A DNA stretch of 64,000 nt from Callorhinchus milii (taxonomy: Eukaryota): assembly GCF_018977255.1 (NCBI RefSeq), contig NW_024704743.1, positions 18,912,001-18,976,000 on the forward strand. The letters run 5' to 3'. How positions within the stretch are numbered: position 1 is the first letter of the stretch; every line of letters starts with the position of its first letter. Shown piece after piece: positions 24,024 to 37,065 of the stretch. Position numbers and translations under genes: made by a program. The notes below the pieces were generated by a model, which did no database searches, was not told the DNA's origin, and worked only from the letters and a program-made list of their open reading frames with translations.

Positions 24024-25016
24024 AGCTTCCCCTACCTAGAGCACAGGGTGATCCACCCACCTAGGAACCAGCACTTTATTAGCTCGTGGGCAAATGCTGT
24101 TCCGCATTAGAATTAGCACTCTCTGGCTACGTCTCCTTATATTGCATACTGTGTTACCAAAACCCACGCAGTAACAGTCAGTGAAGAAAACTCCAAACGC
24201 ATTCCAGGCACTTTCATGGGGATCAGTGAAGCTTTATTATATAGAGTTCAAGATCTCCTAATGACAGAGCAAAAATGACAGACTGATAGAATTTGATTCC
24301 TTTAACATGTATGCAAAATTCTTCTTTTTAAGAAGGGCTGGAATTACACTGGTAATCTGAAACTGCTATTGCTGAAAACAAGGCCTGTGGAAGTTTTCCT
24401 GGACTTCAGCATGGTTTGTCATATTGTACTCTCCAAGTTCCATCATTAACTCCACAAACATGTGTGCGGAGGATGACTAACAGCTGAAATGGGTTATGAG
24501 GGATGCTGGTGAGGCCACGTGCTGGACTCATTTAAGAAACATCTTCATACTGTAGGTGGGTGGGTATTCTGAGATCAAATGTAAAAGTCTGCAGCAAGAA
24601 GAGGTTAACGGAGGTCAAAAGTTCCACAGATTTGTGGTTATGAGGAACAAAGCGGGAATATTTGTAACATCTGTATCATTCACGTGTCGTAGGATTGCCA
24701 GCCTTCAGCTCTAACATTGCCAATAAATAACTTTGTTATTGATGTGTTTACAAGATCCATGTTGGTCAACATCTTGGGATCGTTTACTTTTGCTCTGTAA
24801 GTCTATCTATCATAATTTACTGGAGTAGTAAAGAAGCAGTGATTGGGCTGAATGGCCTGTTTCTATGCCCTTTGTTCTTTGTAAATCCGATTCTCCGCTT
24901 CAAAGCTTTGCATGTGAAAGTGCCAGTGGTTTCAACAGCTATTACTGTTACCTCAAGGGACATCAGCAATTAGAACTTAAATCATTTATTATTTGTTCAT
25001 TTTCTCAAGTTATCAT

Positions 25017-25432
25017 CCTGGCTCAGTGGGTAGCATTCTTGCCTCTGAGTTAGAAGTTGTGGGTTTAAGCTCCGGGTCAGGGCTTTGAACTCATAATCTA
25101 GGCTGTAACTCCAGTGAATTGCTGGGGACATTGCACTTTCCTTGTTGGAGGTGCTGTCCTTCAGATGAGACATTAAACTTAAGGCCACGTCTACCAGTTC
25201 AGGTGGACATTAAGGATGTCATGGCCTATTTGAAAAGAGAAGGGTGTTTCTCTTGATATCCTGGCCAACAATCCCCCAGATAAAATTGGTCATTGGCTTC
25301 ATAGCTGTTTGAGCGCACTGCTGTATGCAAATAGACTGCCGCATTCGCCTACACTCAGTCAGTACATCCTGTGAAGTTCTTTGAGATGCCCTTTCAATAT
25401 GAAAGGCACAATATCAAATGTAAAGATTTTTT
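25017..25432 (+). mobile_element. Deu-domain SINE (family B), full length
   Basis: GGCTCAGTGGGTAGCATTCTTGCCTCTGAGTTAGAAG head; GGAGGTGCTGTCCTTCAGATGAGACATTAAAC and TTCAGGTGGACATTAAGGAT Deu-type blocks. Confidence 0.85.
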
Positions 25433-28182
25433 TTTAGAAAGAATAAATCTTAGCTTTGACAGCAGCAGGGTTGACCAAGACTGTGCGCCAATGTTACAGG
25501 CTTAATTTATTGTCCCTTCTAAACCAGTCTCCGCAGATTTGTATTCAGTCACTCCACTTCATAACTGTTATATCTGCAGAAGCTTTCCTAAATGCGCTAA
25601 AATGTTAGAGCGAAATTCTAGGAACTACTTTTGGAACTGTGAAGCTGTGTAAAATATAACCATATCCAGACATGAGGTTATTAAGCTTTGCGATGAACGA
25701 TACACATTTTTAGAAGTAGCGAGGTGGTGGGGTTGGGCGTGGAGATGTGGACTGCAATATTATCACCAATGTTAATTATTACATTGACCATAAATGTGAT
25801 CAAAAATAGTTAGTATTTACCAATGGCCAGGGGAGGGAGAATTTTCAAATCAGTGCAATATATTGCACATCTTTACAAACCTTATGCTACTTTATGGCTT
25901 AGAAAAGGCTCCCAGAGGAGAACCAAGCCATCTTCTCTAAACATTAGATCTCAAAATCTTTTCAGAGCTGTCCACAGCAGAATCACTACATGTCCATCTT
26001 ACTTTCAGCCACGATCTTGCAGCCATATCACCAAGGTAAATAAGCTGGAAGCCAGTACATAGAAAGTACCACAGTCATTTGAAAGAGAAGTAGCGCAGGG
26101 TATGTGGAAAGTGCAATGGAGAACACCTGTTTTGAAAAATCCATGGGGAGCAAAAGGTGACATGTTATCACTGCTGACAATTATCACAACAACCAAATAC
26201 GCAGTGAAAAACAGTCGATAGTTTTAACTGGTCTCAGTTCAGAGTAACTAGGATCAGACAAATTCTCGGTATTCGTCTAACCCACTATTACCCTACAGGT
26301 TTGCTGAGTATGATACACCTATTACCTTGGGGGCAGAGCGTAATGATAAAATAGTAAGTTTCCATAATTTTCCAAAATTCTCAACTGGACCTTTCTACCA
26401 CACAATCTGTCTTGAGCTACTGCTGGCTTTGCTGACAAAATTGTGAGAAGCAGAGGCAACAATCTCACCTGCATTGTCTAACTGCGAGACCCCGAGTGAG
26501 TTTCTTCCTTATTACTGCTTCGCTTAAAAAAAACACAGTAACACAACTGGGGAAAAAAGCTGGAGCCAGCTCTCTAAATGTTCTGGTAATAATAATAACA
26601 ATGATGCTTGCACTTGGTATAGGCCTTTCACAAAGGGAGAACATCTCAAAGTCTTTACAGTGTTCAAGTAATTCAAACTGGGAGTAGTCAATGGGGAAAC
26701 AAAATGTTCTAAAGATCTCACATCTGCAGAAGGACAACAACATCTTACATTTATATAGCGCCCCTCATGCAGGGTAGGGTCCCAGAGCCGTTCAAAACAT
26801 ATGTAGTTTCCTCATCACTTACGTGTGCACATGGCCAGACACACAACCGGGAAAGTCTGGGATTGTTAACTTTAAATGGTGCAGCTACTACATGAAGAGC
26901 AGTGCTTGACTGTCAACACCTCCACCTCAGTGTCCCTCAGAGTGTTGCCAGTGATGTGATATATCAACAACAACTTGCATTTGTATAGCACTCTTCATGC
27001 AGGATAGTGTCTCAGAGCGCTGCACAGTGGTGGGGTTGGACGAAGAGCAAGGGGGTGGGAGGAGGTGGCCATAGATGCAGTCAAAGAGGAAGGTGGGATT
27101 TTAAAGAGGGGGCGAGTGATGGATTGAGGCGGAGAGTTCCAGAGATCAGAGGCATATTGGCTGAAGGCACAGCTGCTGATGCTGGTGGGAAGGGGCCAAG
27201 GGTTGCGCAGCAAGCCTGTATCAGCAGAATTGCTACATTTTCTCCAGTCCAGTTCAGTGGGAACTCTTTACTCATGCAGCTCATACAACAGTGACTTAAC
27301 CCATCTAAATCTCACAAAGTGGCTTTCTAACTCAGAGATGGTGTCAGGCCAATCAATTAAAAACAAAAGTGCGGCGTCTATAAATCCCGTGGGAAGCACT
27401 CTCCTCAGATGTTTCTACAACTAATAGCCAGCTGTGAATCTAAATTGGCAGACAATTATAGGTTACAGCTGCCTACGTCTTGTGAAGTAAACAACAGTGC
27501 AGAAATGGAGATTTCCAAAACTATTTTTTTGCATGATGACATATTATTGTGTAAAATGCGCAGAATGTAGAATGTGCTTACGCTCTTCTTTTCCCACCCA
27601 CTTCAGCTCCCCCTCCAAACCACAGGATCAGGTTTCCAGTCAGCTTTGTGAAATCACTTTGTGAGATATCCTCCTAATACGAAAGGTGCCACATAAATGT
27701 AAAGTATTGTAGTTGCAGTGTAAAATCGCTGCATGATACATTGCTTGCCCCAAAAATATGCAGCCATTACACTTTATTCTGTGCATGTAGTATATCTTGT
27801 ACTTTGAGATGTCCTCCTGATGTGAAAGGCGTTCTACCAAAGGTGATTATGATTATCGTTATTGTAGATTCTGCACCAGCAATACAGCAGGGTAATAAAA
27901 CGTGATATTCATAACCTGGATCTGAGTTACTGTTTCTAAATATCAGACTGTAAATCATTAACCCTAAAGAGGCAAAAAAAGACCAATGAGTAAAACACTT
28001 TGGGATTGAGTGTTAAGCAGAAGGTTGTCAGGAACATTACCACAGGGATAACTGTCTCATGGTGGCTAAGTGTTCCCAGTAATGTCACTTTTGATCACTG
28101 TGAAGCACAGCTCACCAAATATTAGAATTTCACCCACTGAGAGGGAGCACAGACTGAGATCATGCAGTTAATTTCAGGGTGC

Positions 28183-28560
28183 CAACCTGGCTCGGTTGGT
28201 AGCACTCTCAACTCTGAGCCAGAAGGTTGTGGATTCAAGCACCACATTGGGACTTTGAGCTCATAGTCTACGCTGACGCTCAAGTGCAGTGTCGGGGGAG
28301 CATTGCATTGTCAGGGGTGAGACATTAAATTGAGGACCTGTCTGCCTGTTCAATTTGGATGTTAAAGGTGTCCTGGCCATCAATCCCCTAGAATACCAAA
28401 GTTGGTCATTCACTTCATTGCTGTTTGTAGGATATTGTTATTTGCAAATTATCTGTCACAATCATCTACAAGTGTGCACACTGCAGTAAAATGCTGTAAA
28501 GCGCTTTTAAACGTTTTGATGATGTAATAAGCTACTATGTCAAATGCAAGAATTATTATA
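28183..28560 (+). mobile_element. Deu-domain SINE (family B), full length
   Basis: Head GGCTCGGTTGGTAGCACTCTC, Deu body and tail. Confidence 0.85.
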
Positions 28561-28594
28561 TTAATAATTTTGAATCCACTGATGATGTGTTGTT

Positions 28595-28803
28595 ACAAAA
28601 AGCAGAGAGAGCTGGGAAAACTCAGCAGGTCAGGCAGTATCTATGGAGAAAGGAAAGTGAGTCAACTTTTCGGGTCCACGACCCTTCGTCCGAACGTTTA
28701 TTCACTTTCCTGTCTCCATAGATGCTGCCTGACCTGCTGAGTTTTCCCAGTTCTCTCTGTTTTTGTTTCAGATTTCCAGCATCTGCAGTATTTTGTGTTT
28801 TGT
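28595..28803. mobile_element. Penelope-like insertion forming a hairpin, with a 12-bp target-site duplication
   Basis: Arms ~28595-28665 and ~28696-28767 are inverted copies; TGATGTGTTGTT flanks both sides (28583-28594, 28804-28815). Confidence 0.8.
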
Positions 28804-30526
28804 TGATGTGTTGTTGTTCGGCCATTTTCTAAGGTTTGGATAGTATGGGAGTGTGAGAATTGCCGTTTTGTAAATCTCGCACAAATCTCACAACCCGACA
28901 CTCTCAATTCACAACTTAAATCTGATTTACAAATATTGGATCTTAGACCACAACATGTAAGGAAGAATGCCTAAAAATGCGATCAGCAATGCCACGATGC
29001 AGAAGTGCTGGCTTTATACTAAGGCGGGTTGGAATTTTAGGGATTCCCCCCCAACTACTGCGTTATAACAGGATTTTACTGTAATAGATAGTTTACATCC
29101 TACCTATTGTTATTTTCCACAAACCCAGTCAGAAACAAACCTGAAATTGGCCCTCTGATAAGAAAAATATGATATATAATATGCACAAGTGAATAAGTCA
29201 CGCAATCTCTGCTGTATGCTGGAGTGAGATGTACAGGGAGCATCCCATGTTCATGTTATCCTAGAATAATAAATAATCCTTACGTTTTATATAGTGCCTT
29301 TCATGTCCGGATCATGATCCCAGTGCTTCATAGCATATACTGTAAAATAGAGTGACTGTGTTGTGTGGGCGAACTCTGGTAAACTGTGTATATATTCCAA
29401 TTTTTCGAATCTTGTCTCCTTTCTTTACTTCGCAAAAAGCAATGAAGAGCCCAAAACGGGGGTTGACCAGTCCCTAGAGGCAGTGTTGAGGCGACCAAAG
29501 AGGATCATCCCAGTGGATAAGGAATGAGTTATGTGTAAATATTAGACAAGCTAGGACTCTCATATAAGTGTATATCATTCTATTTGTGATTGAGAAAGTG
29601 AACGCAGATAAATGCGTTAGGATGTAAAAAGAGAGTAGAAGAAGAGGACATAGATTTAGGTCTGGAAAGTGCAATTTCAGGACAGATACCAGAAGGGTTT
29701 TCTCTAACCACAGTAATTAATGGTTTGCCAGGAAGGATGGTTGTGTCCAGGCCTCATTAAAAAAACAGCTTGATGCTGTGATGAGGGAGGGGAGGGTGGG
29801 TACTTTTCAGGAGAGAGATCAGATTGTCTGAAGTGTCTTCTGCAAATGTAATGTTGTCCTCTTATACTATCCCATCCGTAGGTTCATTGGTTTTATCAGA
29901 ATGCATGTGTATACCACTAGAGGGCAGTCTGGTGGGATTACTGGGTTTAGTATTTCCTACTACTGGATGATTATTGTGCTCTTAATAACAATAATAGAAT
30001 AATACATTTTGCATTTGTGACAATTAGAAACCAGGTATATGTCGTGGTGGGTTTATGCCTGTGGCAGATACCCACCCCTGACCAAAAACAAACACCTGTC
30101 CCATTGCTGAGTGTTTCTTTGCACTAAGTAGGCACTTCAGGATGGGAATTCAAAGAGTTGATAGTGGTTTGACCATATCAAGCAACACTTTAGCTTGGTA
30201 CAAAGCTCCAACAACATCAATGCTGAAAGATTTTCATCTTCCACAAACTTAAGTAGATAAGAAGTTGATAGGTGGGCAAGTCTGCCCCCAAGTGGCAACT
30301 ATGGACAACTACCACTTAAAGCATTAAAGTATCAAAATCTAACCAGTGAAATGTTAGCAATTAATCTAAATACAACTCATTTATTATACAATAATAGAAT
30401 CTGTCCGAGACTCGGGGTTCCACTTTTTTTTTAAATTGTCTGAATTATCAACTTCCAAGATTGGGTCCAGATTAAGGAAAACCACGAATCTGCCCAGTGT
30501 TGAGAAATTAACATCCTGCTGAATTC

Positions 30527-30793
30527 CTCAGCCCCGAGGCTCTGGAATTCCATTCCCCAGTGCCTTCGCCTTGCTTCCTCCCTTTCCTCCTTCAAGGCCG
30601 GTCTCAAGACCTTTCTCTTCAACCGTGCCTTCAGCTCCCCTCTTGACTCCCTACCCCCTCCTCGCTCCCTCCCTTCCCTCCCCCTCACCCTGACCATTTC
30701 CCCCCTGCTCGGGTCCCGACCCAACTGTCCAGCGCCTTGGGACGTCCTCCCGACGTGAAAGGCGCTCTATAAATGCAATCTTGTTGTTGTTGT
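30527..30793 (+). mobile_element. Young L2 3' fragment
   Basis: Near-identical to 34505-34769; ends in a (TTG)n tail. Confidence 0.95.
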
Positions 30794-31064
30794 AGTACTA
30801 AATAACATGGCTTGTCGCTGTTACAGGATTACCTCTTGTTGCTGTAGCTATTTCAGAAAAAGAACAGCACCCATTTAAAATACTGCACCTGTATTGATCA
30901 CTGATGTATTTTATTTTTATTGTCTTACTTTAAGTTAATATTTAATAACAGAAAGGTAATAATGGTACCTTACCTTGTTGAATCATCACAAAGCAACAAC
31001 TGTTTTTATAGGCAAGCATGGAAGCAGAGTCCTACAAGTAGCCAAGAGGCTACTGGACCCATTG

Positions 31065-31400
31065 CTCACCATTTCAAAGCCAATACAGTGTGAGCTGGCA
31101 ATAAAGAAGGCAAACAGGATGCTGGGCCACAAGGTTCTGGTTGCCGAGAGTACATTTCTGGTCACCATGACATAAGGCCCCAGATGCAGTGCAGAGAACA
31201 GCTATGGGGATGATTTCCAGTTTTAATCGGAATGAGTTACAAATGATTATTATTAATACTTAATCCTCGCATTTGCCATGGTGCCTTTTATGTTGAGAGG
31301 ACGTCTCAAAGAGCTTCACAGGATTTACTGTTATGTGCAGTGACTGTGTATTTTTTTAAGCGATTGTCAGCTTTCAAATAAGACATCTCGTGGAAAAACT
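31065..31400 (+). mobile_element. CR1 RT relic, 5' part (interrupted by a SINE at ~31246-31365 and by the L2)
   Basis: KPIQCELAIKKANRMLG and a VQR...SY segment typical of the CR1 RT C-terminus; continues at 34775-34985. Confidence 0.7.
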
Positions 31401-31405
31401 TATCC

Positions 31406-34400
31406 ACCTGACCGCTCGCTCCCGGTCCCCGCGTGCGCACTACGGCTGCCGCTTTGACCCGAGCCCCCTCAGCCCCTCCCTCCCTCCCGCCTCCTCTCTC
31501 CCCCCAAACCCTTCACCCTCTGCATCTCTCCCGCTCTGTCCTCCTCTCTCTCCGGCCCTCTTGCCTTCTATTCCCACTTGACCCTCCCACAACCTCCCTC
31601 TTTTCCAGCCTGGGAATCCTCCGCCGGGCTCACCGTGGCACTCGGCGTTGGCTGTCCAGCAGCAGCCACACCGACTGCCCCATTCCCCACTACACTCGCC
31701 AGCCACCCCGGACACAGACCCGGGGAGCCAACCTCTCCTCCCTCATCCCCATTCCCCCCACCCCTGCCTCACAACCTGGACCCCCCTCCCTCCCCACACA
31801 CCCTTCTGTCAACCGCTCCCTCCACATCGGACTACAAAACGTCCGCTCCCTCTGTAACAAGGCCCTGGTCATCAACGATCTCATCCTTGATGAGAGCGTT
31901 GATATCATGGCCTTAAAAGAAACCTGGCTCACCCCAGGCGACACCTTCCCCCTCACGGAGGCCACGCCACCCGGCTACACCTCCCACCACATCCCTCGCC
32001 CCAACCGCCGTGGCGGTGGTGTAGCCCTTATCTCAAGGACACCACTTGCCCTATCCCCCTACTCCTCTGGCTCTTTCCCCTCTTTCGAGCACCTCACCCT
32101 CTCCCACCCCTCCTTCCTCTCACTCAAAATCCTCCTCCTCTACCGGCCCTCCCACCTTCATCTCCGATTTTCGACACGTCTTACATCTCTCTGTCTCTGC
32201 TCTGATCGCCTCATCATCCTGGGCGACTTCAACCTGCACTTCACCCCCTCCTGCTCCATCTCCTCAGACTTCTCTTCCCTGCTCTCCTCGCTCAACCTCT
32301 CCCTCCACATCAACTCCCCCACTCACAGTCACGGCCACCCACTCGACTTGGTGATCACCCGGGGCCTCAGTGTCTCGGATGTCACCATTACCGACAAGGC
32401 CGTCTCCGACCACCACTTCATCTCCTTCACCACCTCCATCCCCCTCCCCACCTCCACCAGACCCACCACCATCTTCTACCGCCCCTGGAAGAAGTTACCC
32501 CCACAATCCCTAACCGCTGCCTTGGAGTCCTCTGAACTCCTCTCCCTCACTGACCCCTCTTCTCCTCTCACCCTCCTCCACAACACCCTCTCCTCCACAC
32601 TCGACACTCTTGCCCCCATCACCTCCCATACTGTCTCCTACTCTCGCTCCTCCCCCTGGTTCACCATCCACCTCCGCTCACTGAAGAGCCAGGTGCGGGC
32701 CGCTGAACGCACCTGTCAAATCTGGCCTAACGGTCCACCGACAAATCTGGCTGGACCTCCTCAAAATCTACCGCTCCACTCTAGCCTCGGCCAAGTCGTC
32801 CTTCTACTCCAGGATAATCCTGGAGGCGAAGAACAACCCCAGGCTACTGTTTTCTACCACATCCCGACTCCTCCGTCCCCCCCGCCACCCCGCGCAGGTC
32901 ATCTCCTCCAACCTTCACTGCGAGGAGATGCTGGATTTCCTTGAATCCAAAATCAAGGGAATCCGCTCCGCGGTCACTTCCCCTCCAACCTCCACCCACC
33001 CCACACCCCTTCCCTCCCACACTCCGACTCCTACCCATCCTCCCCTACACACCTTCGTACCCGTTTCCCCACCCTCTGTCACCAAACTCATCCTATCCCT
33101 GAAACCCACCACCTGCTCCCTTGACCCCATCCCCACTCCACTCCTTATCTCCCAGCTCCACCTTCTTGCCCCACATATCACAGACATCATCAACCTGTCC
33201 CTCTCCTCTGGCTCTGTTCCCATTCCCTTAAAAACTGCCACCATCACTCCCACTTTGAAAAAACCCTCCCTTGATGCGTCGCAGCTATCAAGCTACCGGC
33301 CCATCTCCAACCTCCCCTTCCTGTCCAAGGTCCTTGAAAGAGTTGTCGCCTCCCAGCTGCGCTCTTTCCTCTCCACCCATTCATTATTCGAACCCCTTCA
33401 GTCGGGTTTCCGTGCTGCCCATAGCACAGAAACTGCCCTGGTCAAGGTCACCAATGACATCCTGACCATCTGTGACCAGGGCTCCCTCTGCCTCCTCGTC
33501 CTCCTCGACCTATCGGCAGCATTCGATACGGTCGACCACGCTATCCTCCTCCACCGCTTGTCCTCCCACCTCAACCTTCAAGGCCCTGTCCTTGAGTGGT
33601 TTAGGTCGTACCTCTCCCACCGTCTTCATTTTGTTTCCACAAACGGCTTTTCCTCCAGTCCCCGCACTGTCTCATGTGGTGTCCCTCAGGGCTCTGTCCT
33701 CGGTCCCCTCCTCTTCACCCTCTCTATGCTCCCCCTTGGTGACATCATCCGCAGACATGGGGTTAACTTCCACATGTATGCGGATGACACCCAACTCTAC
33801 CTTTCCTCCTCTACCCTCAACTCCACGACCACCGATGTCCTGACAGCTGCCTGTCCGACATCGAGTCCTGGACGAGAGACAACTTTCTTCAGCTCAACGT
33901 GCGTAAAACTGAGGCCCTCCTGATTGGCTCACGTCAGCGCCTCCGCACCTCAGGCGCTGACAGCATCAGCATCCAAGGCTGCACTCTCCACCTCTCAAAG
34001 CCGGTCAGGAACCTCGGCGTTTTGTTCGACCCGGAGCTGTCCTTTCTCCCATATATCCGCACCACAACTGGCACCGCCTTCCATCACCTCCGGAACATCG
34101 CCAGACTACGGCACTACCTCACCCCTCACGCTGCTGAAACACTGGTCCACGCCTTTATCACCTCAAGGCTTGACTACGGGAACTCTCTCCTCGACGGCCT
34201 TCCCGGCACCTCCCTCCACAAGCTGCAGGTCATTCAGAACTCTGCAGCTCGTGTACTGTCCCGCACCAGGCTTCAGGACCACATCACTCCCACCCTCGCT
34301 CGCCTCCACTGGCTCCCCATCCCCCAGAGGATCGAATTCAAGATCCTCATCCTCACCTACAAGGCCATTCACGGCCTCGCTCCCTCCTACCTCTCCGACC

Positions 34401-34769
34401 TACTATCCCCCTACTTACCTGCCCGTACCCTCTGTTCCTCTGGCTCCGGTCTGCTCCACATCCCCCGCCCCAACCACCCTACCATCGGTGGCCGGGCCTT
34501 CAGCCTCTCAGCCCCGAGGCTCTGGAACTCCATCCCCCAGTGCCTTCGCCGCCTCCTCCCTTTCCTCCTTCAAGGCCGGTCTCAAGACCTTTCTCTTTGA
34601 CCGTGCCTTCAGCTCCCCTCTCGACTCTCAACCCCCTCCTCGCTCCCTCCCTTCCCTCCCCTCACCCTGACCATTTCCCCCCTGCTCGGGTCCTGACCCA
34701 ACTGTCCAGCGCCTTGGGACGTCCTCCCGACCTGAAAGGCGCTCTATAAATGGAATCTTGTTGTTGTTG
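31406..34769 (+). mobile_element. L2-clade LINE, near full length
   Basis: APE endonuclease and RT coding sequence, 3' stem-loop AGCGCCTTGGGACGTCCTCCCGACCTGAAAGGCGCT, (TTG)n tail; possible short TSD TATCC (31401-31405, 34772-34776). Confidence 0.95.
31433..34600 (+). pseudogene. Frameshifted L2 endonuclease/reverse transcriptase ORF
   Basis: EN motifs GLQNVRSL, LGDFNLH, GHPLDLV, SDHHFI; RT motifs [63 protein letters not shown]; frameshifts near 32716, 32890, 33850 and 34550. Confidence 0.93.
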
Positions 34770-34774
34770 AGTAT

Positions 34775-34985
34775 CCTATATAAGATGCTAAATAGGATTA
34801 AGGAAGTAAACCCAGAACAATACGTTCAGATATTCCCAGACAGCAGAGTAAGAGGGCACATGTTCAGTGTTGCAAAGGACAATTTGAAGACAGATATAGG
34901 GAAATAGGTATTTCTTTAGCCAAAGGGTGATTAATGGTAGGAATAGGTTACCAGAAAGGGTGCTTGAGGCCCGGACACTGGACTT
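34775..34985 (+). mobile_element. CR1 relic, 3' part
   Basis: Degenerate YKML...RGH...FFSQRVIN..N.LP-like CR1 C-terminal sequence continuing the relic at 31065-31400. Confidence 0.7.
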
Positions 34986-35399
34986 TGAGAACCTGGGGAA
35001 CCACCACAGGGTTTGGATCTCCAGATATTGGTGTAAATGCCTTCAGTGTGGTAGACATCATATCCCAAGGCAGCAGTGAGATAGAAGGCTGAGCCCTCCT
35101 GCTCTCTTCCCCCTCTTTCCTGTTCAGGCAGTGTAACACTTCCATTCCCACTACCCAGTCTCCACCTTCGCAGTCCCCACCTCCTACAACTAAAATATGT
35201 TTTAATCTCCTTCAAAATAAATGCACAAGGGCAATTACTCAGGGACACGTAATCGTTTCCAGCAATCTTCCTGAGTACCTGGGGAAGCTTAATGTGGATT
35301 GAGTGGCAGTGTAGGCACTTCAGTATATAATAATAATACTTGCTTTTGATATCATAATAATAATCCTTTCTCTTATCCTCATCCACAGCAAACTTCCAC

Positions 35400-35800
35400 A
35401 CACCCATCACCCCAATCCTCGCCAGGCTCCACTGGCTCCCTATTCCCAAATGGATCAACTTCAAGGTCCTCACCCTTGCATATAAATCCCTCCATGCCGT
35501 AGCACCTCTGTATCTCTTTGAGCTACTCATAAGCCCACTTTTTTACCCATCACCTCCTCTCAGCCTAACATAGGTCTGCTGCCCTGCTCCCACTCCTTCC
35601 AAGCCACCATCAGTGGCTGAGTCTTCATTCATTTCAGCCTGCAGTCACCTCCAACCTCTGGAACTTCCTGCCTCTACCTCAATCCTCTCTATCTTTAAAT
35701 CCCACTTAAAACCTACCTCTTCGTCCACACCTATGGTTACCTTCCCTTTCCCATTCTTCTTTGCTCGGCATCCAACCTCACCACTGTGAAGCGCTCTGAG
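35400..35800 (+). mobile_element. Old L2 3' fragment
   Basis: TPILARLHWLPIPKWINFKVLTLAYKSLHAVAP, homologous to the L2 at 34285-34390. Confidence 0.8.
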
Positions 35801-36769
35801 CCATTATCCTACAACAACAACAACAAAATTACATTTCTAAAGTGCCTTTCAGGTTGGGAGGACATCCCAAGGTGCTGAGCAGTCAGGGATCAGGACCCGA
35901 GTTTGGTGGGGCAGGGTTGGGATCCTTTATGTGCGATCTACGTATGTGAAGGGCACTATATAAATGCAAGTTGATAAAAGTTGTTGTTGATATAGGACCT
36001 TTCACATCAGGAGGATATCTCAAAATGCTTCATAGGATTTTTGCTATAAAGTGTAGTGACTGTGTATTTTGTGGGTGAATGCAGCAGCCAATTTGTGACT
36101 GCGAACACCTACAACCGCCATGAAGTGAATGATCAATTTTATTTGGGATATTGTTTGCTAGGACACAGGAGAAACTCCCTTCTCTTTATAAATAGTGCCG
36201 TGGGAGCTTTAATGTCCACCAGAAAAGGAACACATCATCTCAAAGTTAAATGAAACCCGTTAAAATTATTTCAAGAAAACATTCCTTCACACAAAGCGTT
36301 GTGAGCCTGTGAGATACTCTGTGGTGATATTGTTAGTCAAGCAGGTCTGCAGTGCTCCAAGGCACTGTTGATGTTAGGCCAACAAACCTAATTTACCACC
36401 AGGACTTGGAGGCACAGATCAGTAAATAAGGGCTTGGAATCTTCCCATTTGGCTCCTGTTAACCCTGCACGTCAAATTCTTAAAGGGTAGGGTGGTCCAA
36501 GCTACACAAGCAGCAGGAAGCTTGCCAGACAGTGCTCTCAAAGACATGTTGTACAGTTTTCGCTGGTTAAATTCCAGCAGTACCCAAAAGCACACTCTGG
36601 AGACTCCAATGCTTGGCTTTTGTCAAACTAATACTTTATGGGATTGGGTAAGCAGGGTGCATCCCTCTAGAGAGAGATTGTGCGTTCCATTTCAAAATAA
36701 AATTTGCATGAATTTGTGGAAATCTCAGTAGTTTGTCTTGGAGAATCTTTAAGCATGGTGATGCATTTT

Positions 36770-37065
36770 GGTGCCGTCCTTCAGATGAGACATTAAAATC
36801 AACTTCCATCTGCCTGTTCAAGTGGAAGTTAAAGATCACATGGCTCTATTCAAAAAGAGCATTAAGTTTCTGCTGGTGGCCTAACCAACAATCCCCCAAA
36901 TAAAAGTGCTTACTCATTTCATGGCTGTTTGTGGGACACTTCTGTGTGCAAATTGGCTGTCGTGTTTCACTACAAAAAAACATAGCCATTCCACTTTACA
37001 GCATATCCTGTGAAGTGCTTTGAAACATCCTCCCAAAGTGAAAGCCAAATGTATGGAATATTATC
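36770..37065 (+). mobile_element. Deu-domain SINE (family B), 5'-truncated
   Basis: GGTGCCGTCCTTCAGATGAGACATTAAA block, body and tail. Confidence 0.8.

Noticed and set aside
25966..26035. Exon-like segment (TTTTCAG...AAG|GTAAAT); a similar case lies at ~4442-4505
   Set aside because: 70 nt and frame-disrupting, no similarity to CACNB2 or any protein I recognise; such signals are common in long introns.
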